A stretch of DNA of 64,000 bases from Candidatus Gorgyraea atricola (GCA_030765235.1 JAVCCW010000029.1:12939-76938), one strand, 5' to 3'; counted from the first letter of the stretch, positions 46,210 through 56,654 are shown. Notes: a model not told the origin generated them from the sequence alone. Numbers and translations: made by a program.

Positions 46210-48870
46210 ATGCGAATAAGTAGAAAGATCGGGATTAGTTTTTTTATAACCTTTCTTCTTGTTATAGTTCTTGGCGCACTTTCCATCTATAGTCTAAGGC
46301 ATACATATAGAGGCTTGAGTCAGGTCTTTGCAAGGGATCTGCCTGCATCCAGGGCTACCTACCAGATAGCCATTTCAATGGAAGGGCTTTTTGCAGAGCT
46401 CAATAATTTTCTAATAACAGGCAATGAGAATTTTAAGATAAGTTATGAAAAGGCCCACAAAGGGATAGAGCGGGATATATCAGCCCTTGAGAGATTTATA
46501 TCTGAAGAGGAAGAGACAGGGCTTTTTGACGAGGCAGAGGATTTAATAGCCCGGATAGACGGAGCTGCGCAGGACATATTTAAGAACAAAAAAGATATAG
46601 ACGCTCTATACAAGGATCTCAGGGCAATAGAGATCACATTCACAAAGAAACTGGACAGCCTTTTTGATTTTGAAGAAAAAAAGATGCAGGATGAGAAGGA
46701 TTTTTTGTTGGTACAGACGCAATATCTCCCTGCATCAGACCTAATAACAGAAGCGCGCTTGAGGTTTTCAAAAGCACTCTCAGACCTTAATGAAGAAGAT
46801 GTCCTGATCCTGGAAAAATCCTTAAGGGATTACAAGAATTACTACGGGTATTCTATTTCTGATAAAGAACGCAGCCTCGCGACTGAACTTATAGAATCCT
46901 CCACTGAAATCAAATCAATTGTCAGCTCGATCAATGATCTTAAGGCTAAGGCAGGCAGTCATGTGGAGTTACTCTTGGCTAAAGGCAAGGATTTTATGGA
47001 GGCGCTGGATAAGATAATCGCGCTTAAGAAAAGTGGCATTTCTTCAAAACTGGGAGTAGGCGCTGCGCTTACAGAGGATATACCAGCCATACATAATATT
47101 TCCAAGATAGAAAAGGATCTGGCAGAGTCGTGGAGGGCAAGCAGTAGATATATATTGACTGGTGATGAAACATATATAGCCCACTATCATCAGCTTAGAC
47201 AGAATATAGATAAGGCTCTTAAGGATTATGGCCGTCATGCGCGGCTTAGGGGTACAGAGAGATTTTTAGATGATATCCTGGAATCAGATAACGCTATTTT
47301 AAAGCTTATAGATTCTAACACGGCACTCTTTGACAAGAAACAGGATAGCCTTTCAGAGTTTTTGTCTATAGCTTCAGAGATCGAGAGCAAGATAGATGGG
47401 CTCTTGGCTGAAAAGGATTCTTTGATAAAAGAGGCAGAGGACCCGCAGGATATTTTAGAGAAACATGTGCCTGCGAGGTGGATGTTGATGCGTCTTAAGG
47501 ATGAGCTTGCGGGCGCGTCCAGGCTTATCATGGATTATTTAGATGAACAGGAATTAAAGTACAAGGACCAGTATTCAGAATCATATTTTGATATGAAAAA
47601 ATACATGAATAGATACAGGAATCTTTCTAAGGGGCGCGCTGATTCTGTGTTTATAAAAGAGATAGAGCTAAAGCTGGACAGCTTTAATAGCGCTGTCTTG
47701 GGTGTTATTGATAGTCACGATAGCATTATGAAGGAGCGCGGGTGGACCCTTATAGAATTACAGGATGATCTAAAGGATAGTTTAGCCAAGGCAGTGGAGG
47801 CAGAGATCAGTCAGATCGAGAAGAATAAAAAAGACCTTACGAATAGGATAAGGACTATCAACATCGTGATATTTATCATAATAGGCGTAGTGGCCTTTAT
47901 AGCAGTGTTTGTTATTTTCTACACCACGAGCTCCATAACAAATCCTATTCAGGCGCTTTACAGCGGCGCTGGCATCATAGGTAAGGGCAATCTGGACCAT
48001 CGATTGAACATAAAAACAGGTGATGAGATACAGGATCTTGCAGAAGGATTTAACACAATGGCAGGGGAGCTCAAGGAGCTCTATACAAATTTAGAGAACA
48101 AGGTAAAGGAGAGGACCGCTCAGCTGGGAGAGGCAAACAAGACCCTTGTTTTCAAGAAAGATGAATTAGAGAAGATCAATTCTAAGCTTAAAGATCTGGA
48201 CAGGATGAAGTCAGACTTTGTGGCAAACGTAGTGCATGAATTAAGGACGCCGCTTACCCTGATAACAGGCAATTTAGATAATATTGATAAAGGTTTTGCA
48301 GGGAAAGTCCAACCAAAACAACAGGAGATATTGGGTGACGTGTTCAGAGTCGTAAACAGGCTTGCGAGGCTTGTGAATAACCTTCTGGATCTATCCAAGA
48401 TCGAATCAGGCAAAATGTCACTCAAAAAGGAAACCCTGGACGTGGTAAAACTGGCAAAAGGAGTCCTTAAAGAATTTGATAGTGTAGCCAGGAAAAAGAA
48501 TGTGGACCTAAAACGAGAATTTCCTGATAAGGCCGTTAGCATCAAGGCAGACGAGGATAAATTGACACAGGTCTTCGTGAATCTTGTAGGGAATGCCCTG
48601 AAGTTCACTGACAAGGGAGGCGTTACTGTAAAGATCGCCGAATTGCAGGATGAGGTGCAGGTGGAGATCCAGGACACTGGCCCGGGCATGACAAAAGAAG
48701 AGTGCGAGAAGATTTTTGATAAATTCGTAAGAGTTGTCGCAGAGAAAAAAGAGGGCACAGGTCTTGGCCTTCCAATAGCAAAGGACATAGTAATGCTTCA
48801 CAAAGGCCGCATGAGAGTAGAAAGCGCTCCAGGTAAAGGTTCAACCTTCATCTTCAACCTACCAAAGTAA
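46210..48870 (+). CDS. Sensor histidine kinase: transmembrane segments, HAMP, coiled coil, HisKA and HATPase_c. No receiver domain and no adjacent response regulator.
   Basis: 'VANVVHELRTPLT' H-box, HAMP 'GDEIQDLAEGFNTMAGEL' and G-boxes 'DTGPGM...GTGLGL'. Confidence 0.85.
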   Translation: MRISRKIGISFFITFLLVIVLGALSIYSLRHTYRGLSQVFARDLPASRATYQIAISMEGLFAELNNFLITGNENFKISYEKAHKGIERDISALERFISEEEETGLFDEAEDLIARIDGAAQDIFKNKKDIDALYKDLRAIEITFTKKLDSLFDFEEKKMQDEKDFLLVQTQYLPASDLITEARLRFSKALSDLNEEDVLILEKSLRDYKNYYGYSISDKERSLATELIESSTEIKSIVSSINDLKAKAGSHVELLLAKGKDFMEALDKIIALKKSGISSKLGVGAALTEDIPAIHNISKIEKDLAESWRASSRYILTGDETYIAHYHQLRQNIDKALKDYGRHARLRGTERFLDDILESDNAILKLIDSNTALFDKKQDSLSEFLSIASEIESKIDGLLAEKDSLIKEAEDPQDILEKHVPARWMLMRLKDELAGASRLIMDYLDEQELKYKDQYSESYFDMKKYMNRYRNLSKGRADSVFIKEIELKLDSFNSAVLGVIDSHDSIMKERGWTLIELQDDLKDSLAKAVEAEISQIEKNKKDLTNRIRTINIVIFIIIGVVAFIAVFVIFYTTSSITNPIQALYSGAGIIGKGNLDHRLNIKTGDEIQDLAEGFNTMAGELKELYTNLENKVKERTAQLGEANKTLVFKKDELEKINSKLKDLDRMKSDFVANVVHELRTPLTLITGNLDNIDKGFAGKVQPKQQEILGDVFRVVNRLARLVNNLLDLSKIESGKMSLKKETLDVVKLAKGVLKEFDSVARKKNVDLKREFPDKAVSIKADEDKLTQVFVNLVGNALKFTDKGGVTVKIAELQDEVQVEIQDTGPGMTKEECEKIFDKFVRVVAEKKEGTGLGLPIAKDIVMLHKGRMRVESAPGKGSTFIFNLPK

Positions 48871-49979
48871 TGAAACAGAACCTTTTAATACTAAACGCGT
48901 CTTTATCAGGATCAAATAGATTTCTATTTGAATCCCTGAAGAAACGCGGCTGGAATCTTATTGTCAAAGATGTCCCGATTCCTGCAAGATATAAATTATG
49001 GAGCCTTTTAAAGACCTTTAATTTCAATAAGTCTAAATGGGGCAATGCGTATCGTGACTATTTAGGACGATATACAATAACACCCAGTGTTTTTCGCGAA
49101 AGGAGCAGGATCTGCGAAAGATATTTAGCCAGTCACAGTCATGAGTATGATCTGATTTTACAGATCGGGTCTTTATTCGCGCCCAGCCTTAAGTCAATAA
49201 ATAAAAAATACGTTATCTTCTCTGACTATACAACAAGGCTTGCTGAAAAGCATTTTCCTGAATGGGCGCCTTTGTCTTCCAAGCGCCAGAGCGATGAGTT
49301 GCTCGAATTACAGAAAGGCCTTTATCAAAGGGCCGCCATGGTCTTTACGACCAGCAATAATACGCGCAGATCCATGATCAGCGATTATGGCGTAAGAGAA
49401 GAAAGATCGATGACTGTGGGTTATGGATTGCCTTTTAGCGTATTTCCACACGCAGAGAAAAAGCAATACGATAGGAAGACCATACTTTTTATAGGCAATA
49501 ATTTTAAAAGAAAAGGGGGATTTACATTATTAGAGGCTTTTAAGAATGTAAGGAATAAAATAAAGGATGTACGCCTGATCATAATAGGTCCAAACCAGGT
49601 TTTGGCAGAAGTAGAAGGCGTTGAATGGAAAGGCCACATAAAGGATAGAGATATGATCGGGGATTTTCTTAATAAGTCTTCAATATTCGCTATGCCATCT
49701 TTCTGTGAACCATTTGGCCTGGTTTTTTTAGAGGCCATGTCCTACAGGCTTCCCTGCATAGGCTCTAGAGTAGATGCCATGCCAGAGATAGTAGAGGAGG
49801 GAAAGACAGGATTTTTGGTTAATGCGGGGGATGCTGATGATTTAGGGCGCAAGATAACACTTCTTTTGGAGGATAAAAAATTAATGGAGACTATGGGTGA
49901 AGCTGGAGCTAAAAGAGTGAAAGAGCGCTTTACATGGGATAAAGTCGCAGAAAAGATAATGGAGGCAAAATATGTCTAA
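48870..49979 (+). CDS. Glycosyltransferase family 4.
   Basis: 'FAMPSFCEPFGLVFLEAMSYRLPCIGSRVDAMPEIVEEGKTGFLV'. Confidence 0.8.
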   Translation: MKQNLLILNASLSGSNRFLFESLKKRGWNLIVKDVPIPARYKLWSLLKTFNFNKSKWGNAYRDYLGRYTITPSVFRERSRICERYLASHSHEYDLILQIGSLFAPSLKSINKKYVIFSDYTTRLAEKHFPEWAPLSSKRQSDELLELQKGLYQRAAMVFTTSNNTRRSMISDYGVREERSMTVGYGLPFSVFPHAEKKQYDRKTILFIGNNFKRKGGFTLLEAFKNVRNKIKDVRLIIIGPNQVLAEVEGVEWKGHIKDRDMIGDFLNKSSIFAMPSFCEPFGLVFLEAMSYRLPCIGSRVDAMPEIVEEGKTGFLVNAGDADDLGRKITLLLEDKKLMETMGEAGAKRVKERFTWDKVAEKIMEAKYV

Positions 49980-50372
49980 TGTAACCAAAGTCGAACTAAA
50001 ATTTCGAAAACTCCCCAATAACCCCGACATGTTCGAGTTCACAGTAAGCTCGCCATTACTAAGGTCCCAATTCTGCGTACCTAGGGCTATCGTCAATCAG
50101 CTGCGCGTAGATCTGGAAAAGGCATTGACGAGATAGGAAATTTTACCTATCTACTTGTAATCATTATAGATATATCAAAAATTTTACTTGCAATCTAGTA
50201 TATTTTGTGCTATACTTAATATGACCTTATAAATAGGGAAAAGGCTATTTTTTTGGCTAAATTATGTTAAAGTTTAATAAAGCTCTCAATTTAAAGATAA
50301 TCTTAATAACAGCGGGTTTTTTATTTATACTTAGCCCCCCCTCTATGCTATGCTTTTTTTAATGGCAAAACA

Positions 50373-51842
50373 TTGCGAATCCCACTTGAAGGCTATAGGC
50401 GCGCTGCAAATAAACTAAAACAGGAAAAAAGCAATAAAACATCTTCCTTCCAAAGAGAGAACTTCAAAGCTATATTGAGAGACGAAGGTTTGGTCGGGTT
50501 TGTCAGAGATGAATACTGTCTGAGGTTATTAAGGAGGTATGGAGATCAAAAAAGTTTTTACCTAACCGCAACATCGAAACTTATCAAAAGTACAGGTTTC
50601 GCAAGAGAATACTTTCTGAATACTTCGGATAAACTAGGTTTAAGAATAGTAGACTCTAAAAACGCTTCAACAAAGCGTATGTCCGTAAGATTAATAGATA
50701 AATGGCTTGCAGAAAAACGAGAAAATGAAAAGTTGATTCTAAAAGATTCTATAATTAATAAACCCAGGGAATGGGAAGCAGTAAATGAATACCTTAAAAA
50801 GTTTGTTTATCAATCTTTAGGCATAGCCAGAGCGAAAGATGAAAAAGTAAAATTAGAACTGATGAACCTGTGTTATCAGACACTTTATAAAGGAAATGAG
50901 AACTCTCACATAGGTCGACTTAATGAAATTATGGATGGAATAGGAAAAAGTAAAAATGTAACTAATTTAAGAATAAATAGTATTTTAAAAGACGAATTTA
51001 TAGCTTTTTTAAATTCCCACATAGAGGATATGAAAAAACAGGCGATTCTGACCGTAAAGAGAAAATCAGAAAAGATAACATTTAAAGGAAAGACAAGATT
51101 TTCGGGGCGTAATAATGTTTCGGAAAAAGAAGGCCCAAAAGAAGACCCATTGGTGATGGCCATACTGGAAGAAAAAGAAGCTCTTTTAGTGAAACAGCAA
51201 GCACCCGGACGCAAAGGTGAAAGCTTAACAAAAGGTGCAATAGTAGAACATCCTACTTTTGGCAGGGGGATTGTTAGTAAAATAGATTCCGCAGGACAGA
51301 AGATCACAGTTAAGTTTGATAAAGTGGGAGTCAAAAAACTTGCTATTCAACATGCGAATTTAAAGGTTGTTGTAGATAATGATGATATGTCCATTCCTAA
51401 GAATACTAATGGCCATTGGTCCATAATAAACAAAGAGTACCCGCCTCTATTGCATAATAATGGATTAATGAAAGACCAAATAGACTTAAAGGCCTTGCCA
51501 ACAGCCTCACTTGTATATATGACTGATATAGACAGTCAGGATGTTTATATTATAGAAGTTATTGATGATGGCCGCGTAAAATTATGGCTTAATTATAACC
51601 TTGGTTGTGCGGTTGGAAAAGCAGAATTGATTTCGACTAACTTTGGAAAAGGGGTATTGAATAAAGGAGAGAGGATAGCATTGCCGATACCATTGTCTAA
51701 TTTAGACGGAGATGGTGAAGTGTTGGATTTTTATGAAATTTCAGGCAGATGGAGCATCAATGAATTCTCATATTTTGATGTTTTGTATCCCGAGGATTCT
51801 AAGGTAATATCTGATAATATCGATCTAAGGTCTTCACTTTAA
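50373..51842 (+). CDS. Hypothetical protein with a UvrD-helicase-C-terminal-like ~50-aa motif. The start is uncertain (TTG, or internal Met near 50682). It lies in an AT-rich islet.
   Basis: 'GAIVEHPTFGRGIVSKIDSAGQKITVKFDKVGVKKLAIQHANLKVV' matches the V-H-x-x-FG-x-G-x-V ... V-x-F ... G-x-K pattern of UvrD/PcrA C-terminal (UvrD_C_2-like) domains. The rest is unrecognised. Confidence 0.4.
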   Translation: MRIPLEGYRRAANKLKQEKSNKTSSFQRENFKAILRDEGLVGFVRDEYCLRLLRRYGDQKSFYLTATSKLIKSTGFAREYFLNTSDKLGLRIVDSKNASTKRMSVRLIDKWLAEKRENEKLILKDSIINKPREWEAVNEYLKKFVYQSLGIARAKDEKVKLELMNLCYQTLYKGNENSHIGRLNEIMDGIGKSKNVTNLRINSILKDEFIAFLNSHIEDMKKQAILTVKRKSEKITFKGKTRFSGRNNVSEKEGPKEDPLVMAILEEKEALLVKQQAPGRKGESLTKGAIVEHPTFGRGIVSKIDSAGQKITVKFDKVGVKKLAIQHANLKVVVDNDDMSIPKNTNGHWSIINKEYPPLLHNNGLMKDQIDLKALPTASLVYMTDIDSQDVYIIEVIDDGRVKLWLNYNLGCAVGKAELISTNFGKGVLNKGERIALPIPLSNLDGDGEVLDFYEISGRWSINEFSYFDVLYPEDSKVISDNIDLRSSL

Positions 51843-51858
51843 TATATAATGTAGAGTA

Positions 51859-51902
51859 GCAGTAGCAGTAGGCCAGGTTTAAACCTGGCCTACTGCTACT
51901 GC
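51859..51902. repeat. 44-nt perfect palindrome; extended REP copy.
   Basis: GCAGTAGCAGTAGGCCAGGTTTAAACCTGGCCTACTGCTACTGC. Confidence 0.85.
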
Positions 51903-52007
51903 TTAGTGTTGACCTCTGTCCCCACGCCCCCAAAGTTCTATACAAATTTTTCACAAAATTTGAAACTTTGCCCTATTTAGGCTATAATTAGGGCAAAGGG
52001 AGATGCC

Positions 52008-53744
52008 ATGGAGATGGATTCTACTCAGAATACAAAAAAGAAGAAGATAATAGCTGCAGTGATTTTATTGGCAATTTTTATAGGTGCCGGCTATTTTTTA
52101 TTTACTAGCGGGACAGCAGTTAAGCTATACAAACATGCTAAGTTTATAATGCAGAAGAAATTATATGCGACTGAGGAAATCCTAGAATACGACTACAAAG
52201 ATAAGGTAGCACTGCATTTTAGAGATGGAAGCACAATGATAGGGGGGCTGGCAGGTATAACAAAAGACGCGTATCATATTGATTGGAAAGGTGAGGAGAT
52301 CATTGTCTATCTTGATATGGTAGATCGTATAACCCCTCCTAAGGAGGCCCTGAAAGAAAAAACCTTGCTTTCAGACGAAGAGATCTCAGAACATTGGCCT
52401 TTTAAGAATGATGTTGTAATAAGACTGAATAACAGGAGTATCCTGGACGCCAAGATCGATCGAGTAGATCCAGATAAACTCTATTTATCGTATGCTACAG
52501 AAGGAGGGGGAAGCATTGAACAGGATATTGAGCGCTCAGAGATCCAATATCTTATTTTTAAGCCAGTAGATAATGAAGAGAGCAGGAATACAGAGGATTC
52601 ACTTAAAAGGCTTTTTCCAGAGATGGAGTTTTACAAAGATGGGAATTTTACTATTGTAACTGATTCATATATTACATGGGTTAAAAGATGCAGGAAGGTT
52701 TTAAGAAAGACATATACAGATATCTATTTAGAGTTTTTTGATATCTTTAAAGACAGGGAGCCGAAACTTCAGAATTTTGTAGTAATATTTGATGACTATG
52801 TTGATTTTGTTGAATATGCCGTGTCAGATGGCGTGCCAGGATGGGCAGCCGCAGGTTATTTTACGCCAGAGGACAAGGTGCTTTACCTTTTTAATGTATT
52901 AGGAGACAGATTTGCAGAGCTGTTGTTTGAAGGTATAGTCGGGGAAAGCGGAAGGCAGATTAATCAGATAGTGGATGCGATCGAGACCCGCGTAGATAAG
53001 AGATATCATATCTATGTCGAAGGCCGAGCAAAGAAGATTAAAAACAAGTTCTGGAAAGTATACAACTATTACGAGAATATGTTCATAAATATGACGATGT
53101 CTACATTGAGGCATGAATTTACTCACGAACTCTTTCATAACTGGGGCCTGCAAAACATAACTCTTTCAAGGTTTAAAGGGCCCGACAAAGAGCTTATAAA
53201 AAGGAAAAAGGCATTTCTGGAGGAAAAGGATTACAAAAAAAAGGCAAAGGTCTTAAAGAAGCTGCTTGAGCAGAAGAGCGAGGATGTGCCGCTTGATATG
53301 AAGGCTGCAAATTCATGGCTTTCAGAGGGCATGGCTACATATTGCGAGCCAGATGAACTCGGCGCCCAGAACGATAGGAGGTTATTTATCTACCAGGAGA
53401 TGACCAGAAAAGGCCCTGTATACCCATTGGAATTTTTAACAGCTTATAAAATGGGAAGTTTCCCAGGGGTCTATTCAAGGGCCATGCGGGACATGTATGC
53501 CCAAAGCTGGGCATTTGTCTCTTTTTTGATGAAGAGATATCCGAAAGAATTTATGGAATACCAAAATAGGTTAGCAGGTGAAACTGCTAAATACTCTGAA
53601 GATATAAATTGGCTGCTAGAGGCCTTAGGCAAAGATTCAAAGACAATAGAGAGAGAATTTGCAGAATACATGGCTGGCTTTGAAGAATTAGAAGATCCCT
53701 TCCTGATCCGTTTTGATGTAATCAACAACGCCTTTAAGTATTGA
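52008..53744 (+). CDS. Membrane-anchored hypothetical protein with HExxH (putative zinc metallopeptidase-like).
   Basis: N-terminal transmembrane segment and 'LRHEFTHELFHNWG'. Confidence 0.45.
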   Translation: MEMDSTQNTKKKKIIAAVILLAIFIGAGYFLFTSGTAVKLYKHAKFIMQKKLYATEEILEYDYKDKVALHFRDGSTMIGGLAGITKDAYHIDWKGEEIIVYLDMVDRITPPKEALKEKTLLSDEEISEHWPFKNDVVIRLNNRSILDAKIDRVDPDKLYLSYATEGGGSIEQDIERSEIQYLIFKPVDNEESRNTEDSLKRLFPEMEFYKDGNFTIVTDSYITWVKRCRKVLRKTYTDIYLEFFDIFKDREPKLQNFVVIFDDYVDFVEYAVSDGVPGWAAAGYFTPEDKVLYLFNVLGDRFAELLFEGIVGESGRQINQIVDAIETRVDKRYHIYVEGRAKKIKNKFWKVYNYYENMFINMTMSTLRHEFTHELFHNWGLQNITLSRFKGPDKELIKRKKAFLEEKDYKKKAKVLKKLLEQKSEDVPLDMKAANSWLSEGMATYCEPDELGAQNDRRLFIYQEMTRKGPVYPLEFLTAYKMGSFPGVYSRAMRDMYAQSWAFVSFLMKRYPKEFMEYQNRLAGETAKYSEDINWLLEALGKDSKTIEREFAEYMAGFEELEDPFLIRFDVINNAFKY

Positions 53745-54115
53745 ATTTTGGAGCATCTTGAGTCACCTACAATTGTGAACAGACCCAGAAGGAAGTCAGG
53801 TTATATAAACAGATGGGCTACCTAAGTCTAGGAAAGAAGTTATGCATAATAAAGACATAAACCCAGGAAAAGAACCAAGCAATTATCAATATGATGCCTA
53901 TGATTTTTAAGAATTTATTCATCACTTTAAATTATACCTTAGGGAAAGAGGGTTTGCAAGGGGGAGTGCGAGTAAATAATCCTCCCCTGTATTTTTAAGG
54001 ATTTTTTGATAAGGAAAAGTTAAAGGTAAAAATACGTTCGTTTGTTTAGTGGGTTATTTTATCCTATTTGACTTTTGAGGTGTACAGGGTATACTTTTGG
54101 GAATAAGGAGAGGTT

Positions 54116-54439
54116 ATGGATAAGAAGGATAAAACTTCAGTTAATATATTGAGTATTATTTTCTTAGTGCTTGATACCCTCATTTTAATTGCCACTCCTT
54201 TAATACAAGGGAAAATGTATGGTTTATACCAAGAATTTGGGATAAAGTTACCTTCATTTATGCACATAATTTTCTTTCATAAGTATATTTTTATTATCAT
54301 AGCCCTGATTTTAATAGCAAAAGAGTTTGCAAAAAATAAAATGAATTGCATTATTAACATAGTAACGTTTATTATATTAGGTTTTTTATTAATGGGACCT
54401 ATTCTCATTGGTTTTTTATCACCACTTTCTAACTTCTGA
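54116..54439 (+). CDS. Small polytopic membrane protein, hypothetical.
   Basis: Three predicted transmembrane helices. AT-rich context. Confidence 0.3.
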   Translation: MDKKDKTSVNILSIIFLVLDTLILIATPLIQGKMYGLYQEFGIKLPSFMHIIFFHKYIFIIIALILIAKEFAKNKMNCIINIVTFIILGFLLMGPILIGFLSPLSNF

Positions 54440-54473
54440 AAAGGAATTTTAAGAACAAGTAGCCCTAAAGTAG

Positions 54474-54507
54474 TAGGCCAGTAGTAGGCCAGGTTTAAAC
54501 CTGGCAC
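54474..54507. repeat. Degenerate REP (duplicated left arm, diverged right arm) at the 3' flank of the RAYT gene.
   Basis: GTAGGCCAGTAGTAGGCCAGGTTTAAACCTGGCACC. Confidence 0.6.
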
Positions 54508-54529
54508 CATGCATGTTACATACTACAAA

Positions 54530-55015
54530 TTACGGTTCTATCTTATCAATTTCTGGTATTCCTGAATAATTATTGCCAAAGTAGTAGTTATAACTTGAAA
54601 AAGGATACTCATCTGGCGTTGTTGTCAATTTTGCACGGACAGGATTATTATGGATGTATTCTATTTTCTGAAGCAGAACATCATGATTCCTGAGGCCTGT
54701 ATCATAGAATCTGTCTTGCCAGACTTTTCCTTGCGTTGAGAGCATTTTATTATATTTTCTTGCGAAATTACCTTTAATCATCTTCATGATATATGAAATA
54801 TTATAGATGCCATAGGTTTGAATTATGAGATGTAAATGGTCGGGCATTAAGCAGTAGGCAAATAGTTTATAGTCCAGAACCAGTTTAAAGAATTCGATTG
54901 TGGCCAAGAGGATTTTGCAGTTCCGTTCGTCACGGAAGATAGGCTTTCTATTGAAAGTTGCAGTAGTGATAAGATATGGATATCCCTCTTCGAAATATCT
55001 TTTGAGTCTGCCCAT
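54530..55015 (-). CDS. REP-associated tyrosine transposase (RAYT; IS200/IS605-like Y1 HUH transposase).
   Basis: HUH motif 'LMPDHLHLII', catalytic Tyr region 'YIHNNPVRAKL', about 160 aa, flanked on both sides by REP copies. Confidence 0.8.
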   Translation of the reverse strand: MGRLKRYFEEGYPYLITTATFNRKPIFRDERNCKILLATIEFFKLVLDYKLFAYCLMPDHLHLIIQTYGIYNISYIMKMIKGNFARKYNKMLSTQGKVWQDRFYDTGLRNHDVLLQKIEYIHNNPVRAKLTTTPDEYPFSSYNYYFGNNYSGIPEIDKIEP

Positions 55016-55030
55016 GAATTCCTTTCTGTA

Positions 55031-55088
55031 GTAGGCCGGGTTTAAACCCGGCCTACTGGATCGTAGGCCAGGTTTAAACCTGGCCTAC
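55031..55088. repeat. Two tandem REP copies (GTAGGCCGGGTTTAAACCCGGCCTAC and consensus) at the 5' flank of the RAYT gene.
   Basis: Copies at 55031-55056 and 55063-55088. Confidence 0.85.
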
Positions 55089-55105
55089 CGGTTAGATTAC
55101 CAGGA

Positions 55106-56641
55106 TTACCAACTGGTCTTGTCTAGGCTTCTTAGTTGTATGCTTTCAGAGACGTGGTTGGGTTCTATGTTGGATTTTCCCTCCAAGTCTGCAATTGTCC
55201 TGGAAATCTTCAGGATCTTGTCGTAGCATCTGGCGCTGAAGCCCATTTCTGTTATTGCTTGCTTTAGGAGACCCTGTGCAGCCTCGTCTAATCTGCAGTA
55301 TTTTCTGATAAGCTTATGAGGCATCTGGGAGTTTGCGAATATGCCATGGTCTTTGAGTCTAGTCAGCTGGATTTTTCTTGCAGCTTCAACCCTTGCCTTT
55401 ATTACTTCTGATTTTTCCCCGCAGGCCTCGCCTGAAAGCTCTTTGTATCTGACAGGAGGGACCTCTATGTGGATGTCGATCCTGTCTAAGAGCGGCCCTG
55501 AGATCCTGGACATGTATTTCTGTATTCTTGGAGATGTGCAAAGACATTCTTTCTTTGGATCAGTTAAAAAACCACAAGGGCACGGGTTCATCGAGGCCAC
55601 AAGAGTAAACTTGGACGGGAATCTCAAGGTAGCGCTTACCCTGGAAATAGTTACGTACCCATCTTCAAGAGGCTGCCTCAATGCCTCCAGGACATTCCTG
55701 TGAAATTCAGGCAGCTCGTCCATAAAAAGCACACCGTTATGCGCTAGGCTCACCTCGCCTGGCTTTGGCGTGCTTCCACCGCCAACAAGCGATGAGTCAG
55801 AAGAGGTGTGATGTGGCGTTCTAAAGGGCCTTGTGTTTATTATTGCCTTTTTTGTTGGGACAAGGCCGCATATGCTGTAAATCTTTGTAGTCTCAATAGC
55901 TTCTTCAAGTGTCATATCAGGCATGATCGTGGGCAGCCTCTTAGCGAGCATTGTCTTTCCGCTGCCAGGAGGACCTATCATGATGATATTATGACCTCCT
56001 GCTGCAGCGATCTCCATGGCCCTTTTTGCATAGACCTGGCCTTTTACGTCTGAGAAATCAGTTTCATAGTCGCGTTTTTTATTTAGATGGATCTGCGCAG
56101 TATAAGGTAAGGGTGAGAGCGAGTTTATGTCGTTTATAAAATCACACACGCTATTGAGCCTGTCTACAGGATAGACCTCCAGGCCTTCTACTACGCTGGC
56201 CTCATATGCATTTTCTTCTGGCAGGATCAGTTTTTTACGCGAGTTCTTTAAAGATATTGCAATAGGCAGGACCCCTTTTACAGGCCTTATGCTGCCATTA
56301 AGGGCAAGCTCTCCCAGGAATACAAAGTCCTTTATGTTCTTATAATCTATCTGCTCAGATGCAACAAGTATCCCTATTGCCATAGGAAGGTCAAAGCAAG
56401 GACCTTCTTTCTTTATGTCGCATGGCGCAAGGTTTACTGTTATCTTTTTAGAAGGATACTTGAACTGGCTGTTTTTTATAGCTGAGCGCACCCTGTCCCT
56501 GGACTCTCGTATAGCAGTATCAGGGAGACCTACAATAGCCACTTGCGGCAGCCCGCTCGCTATATCTACCTCGATCTCGATCTCTCTTGCTTCAATGCCA
56601 ATAGTGGTTGCTGAAAATACCTTTGATAACATATAGACCAC
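55106..56641 (-). CDS. comM: YifB/ComM family Mg-chelatase-like AAA+ ATPase.
   Basis: N-terminal Lon-like domain 'IGIEAREIEIEVDIASGLPQVAIVGLPDTAIRESRDRV', Walker A 'GPPGSGKT' and C-terminal Mg_chelatase_C. Confidence 0.85.
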   Translation of the reverse strand: MVYMLSKVFSATTIGIEAREIEIEVDIASGLPQVAIVGLPDTAIRESRDRVRSAIKNSQFKYPSKKITVNLAPCDIKKEGPCFDLPMAIGILVASEQIDYKNIKDFVFLGELALNGSIRPVKGVLPIAISLKNSRKKLILPEENAYEASVVEGLEVYPVDRLNSVCDFINDINSLSPLPYTAQIHLNKKRDYETDFSDVKGQVYAKRAMEIAAAGGHNIIMIGPPGSGKTMLAKRLPTIMPDMTLEEAIETTKIYSICGLVPTKKAIINTRPFRTPHHTSSDSSLVGGGSTPKPGEVSLAHNGVLFMDELPEFHRNVLEALRQPLEDGYVTISRVSATLRFPSKFTLVASMNPCPCGFLTDPKKECLCTSPRIQKYMSRISGPLLDRIDIHIEVPPVRYKELSGEACGEKSEVIKARVEAARKIQLTRLKDHGIFANSQMPHKLIRKYCRLDEAAQGLLKQAITEMGFSARCYDKILKISRTIADLEGKSNIEPNHVSESIQLRSLDKTSW

Positions 56642-56654
56642 CTCCCTTTTAATA

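Noticed and set aside
50362-50420. ATG at 50362 as the start of the AT-islet gene.
   Set aside because: That ATG is in a different frame and hits a stop after 18 codons. The long ORF begins with TTG at 50373 or an internal Met, so its start stays uncertain.
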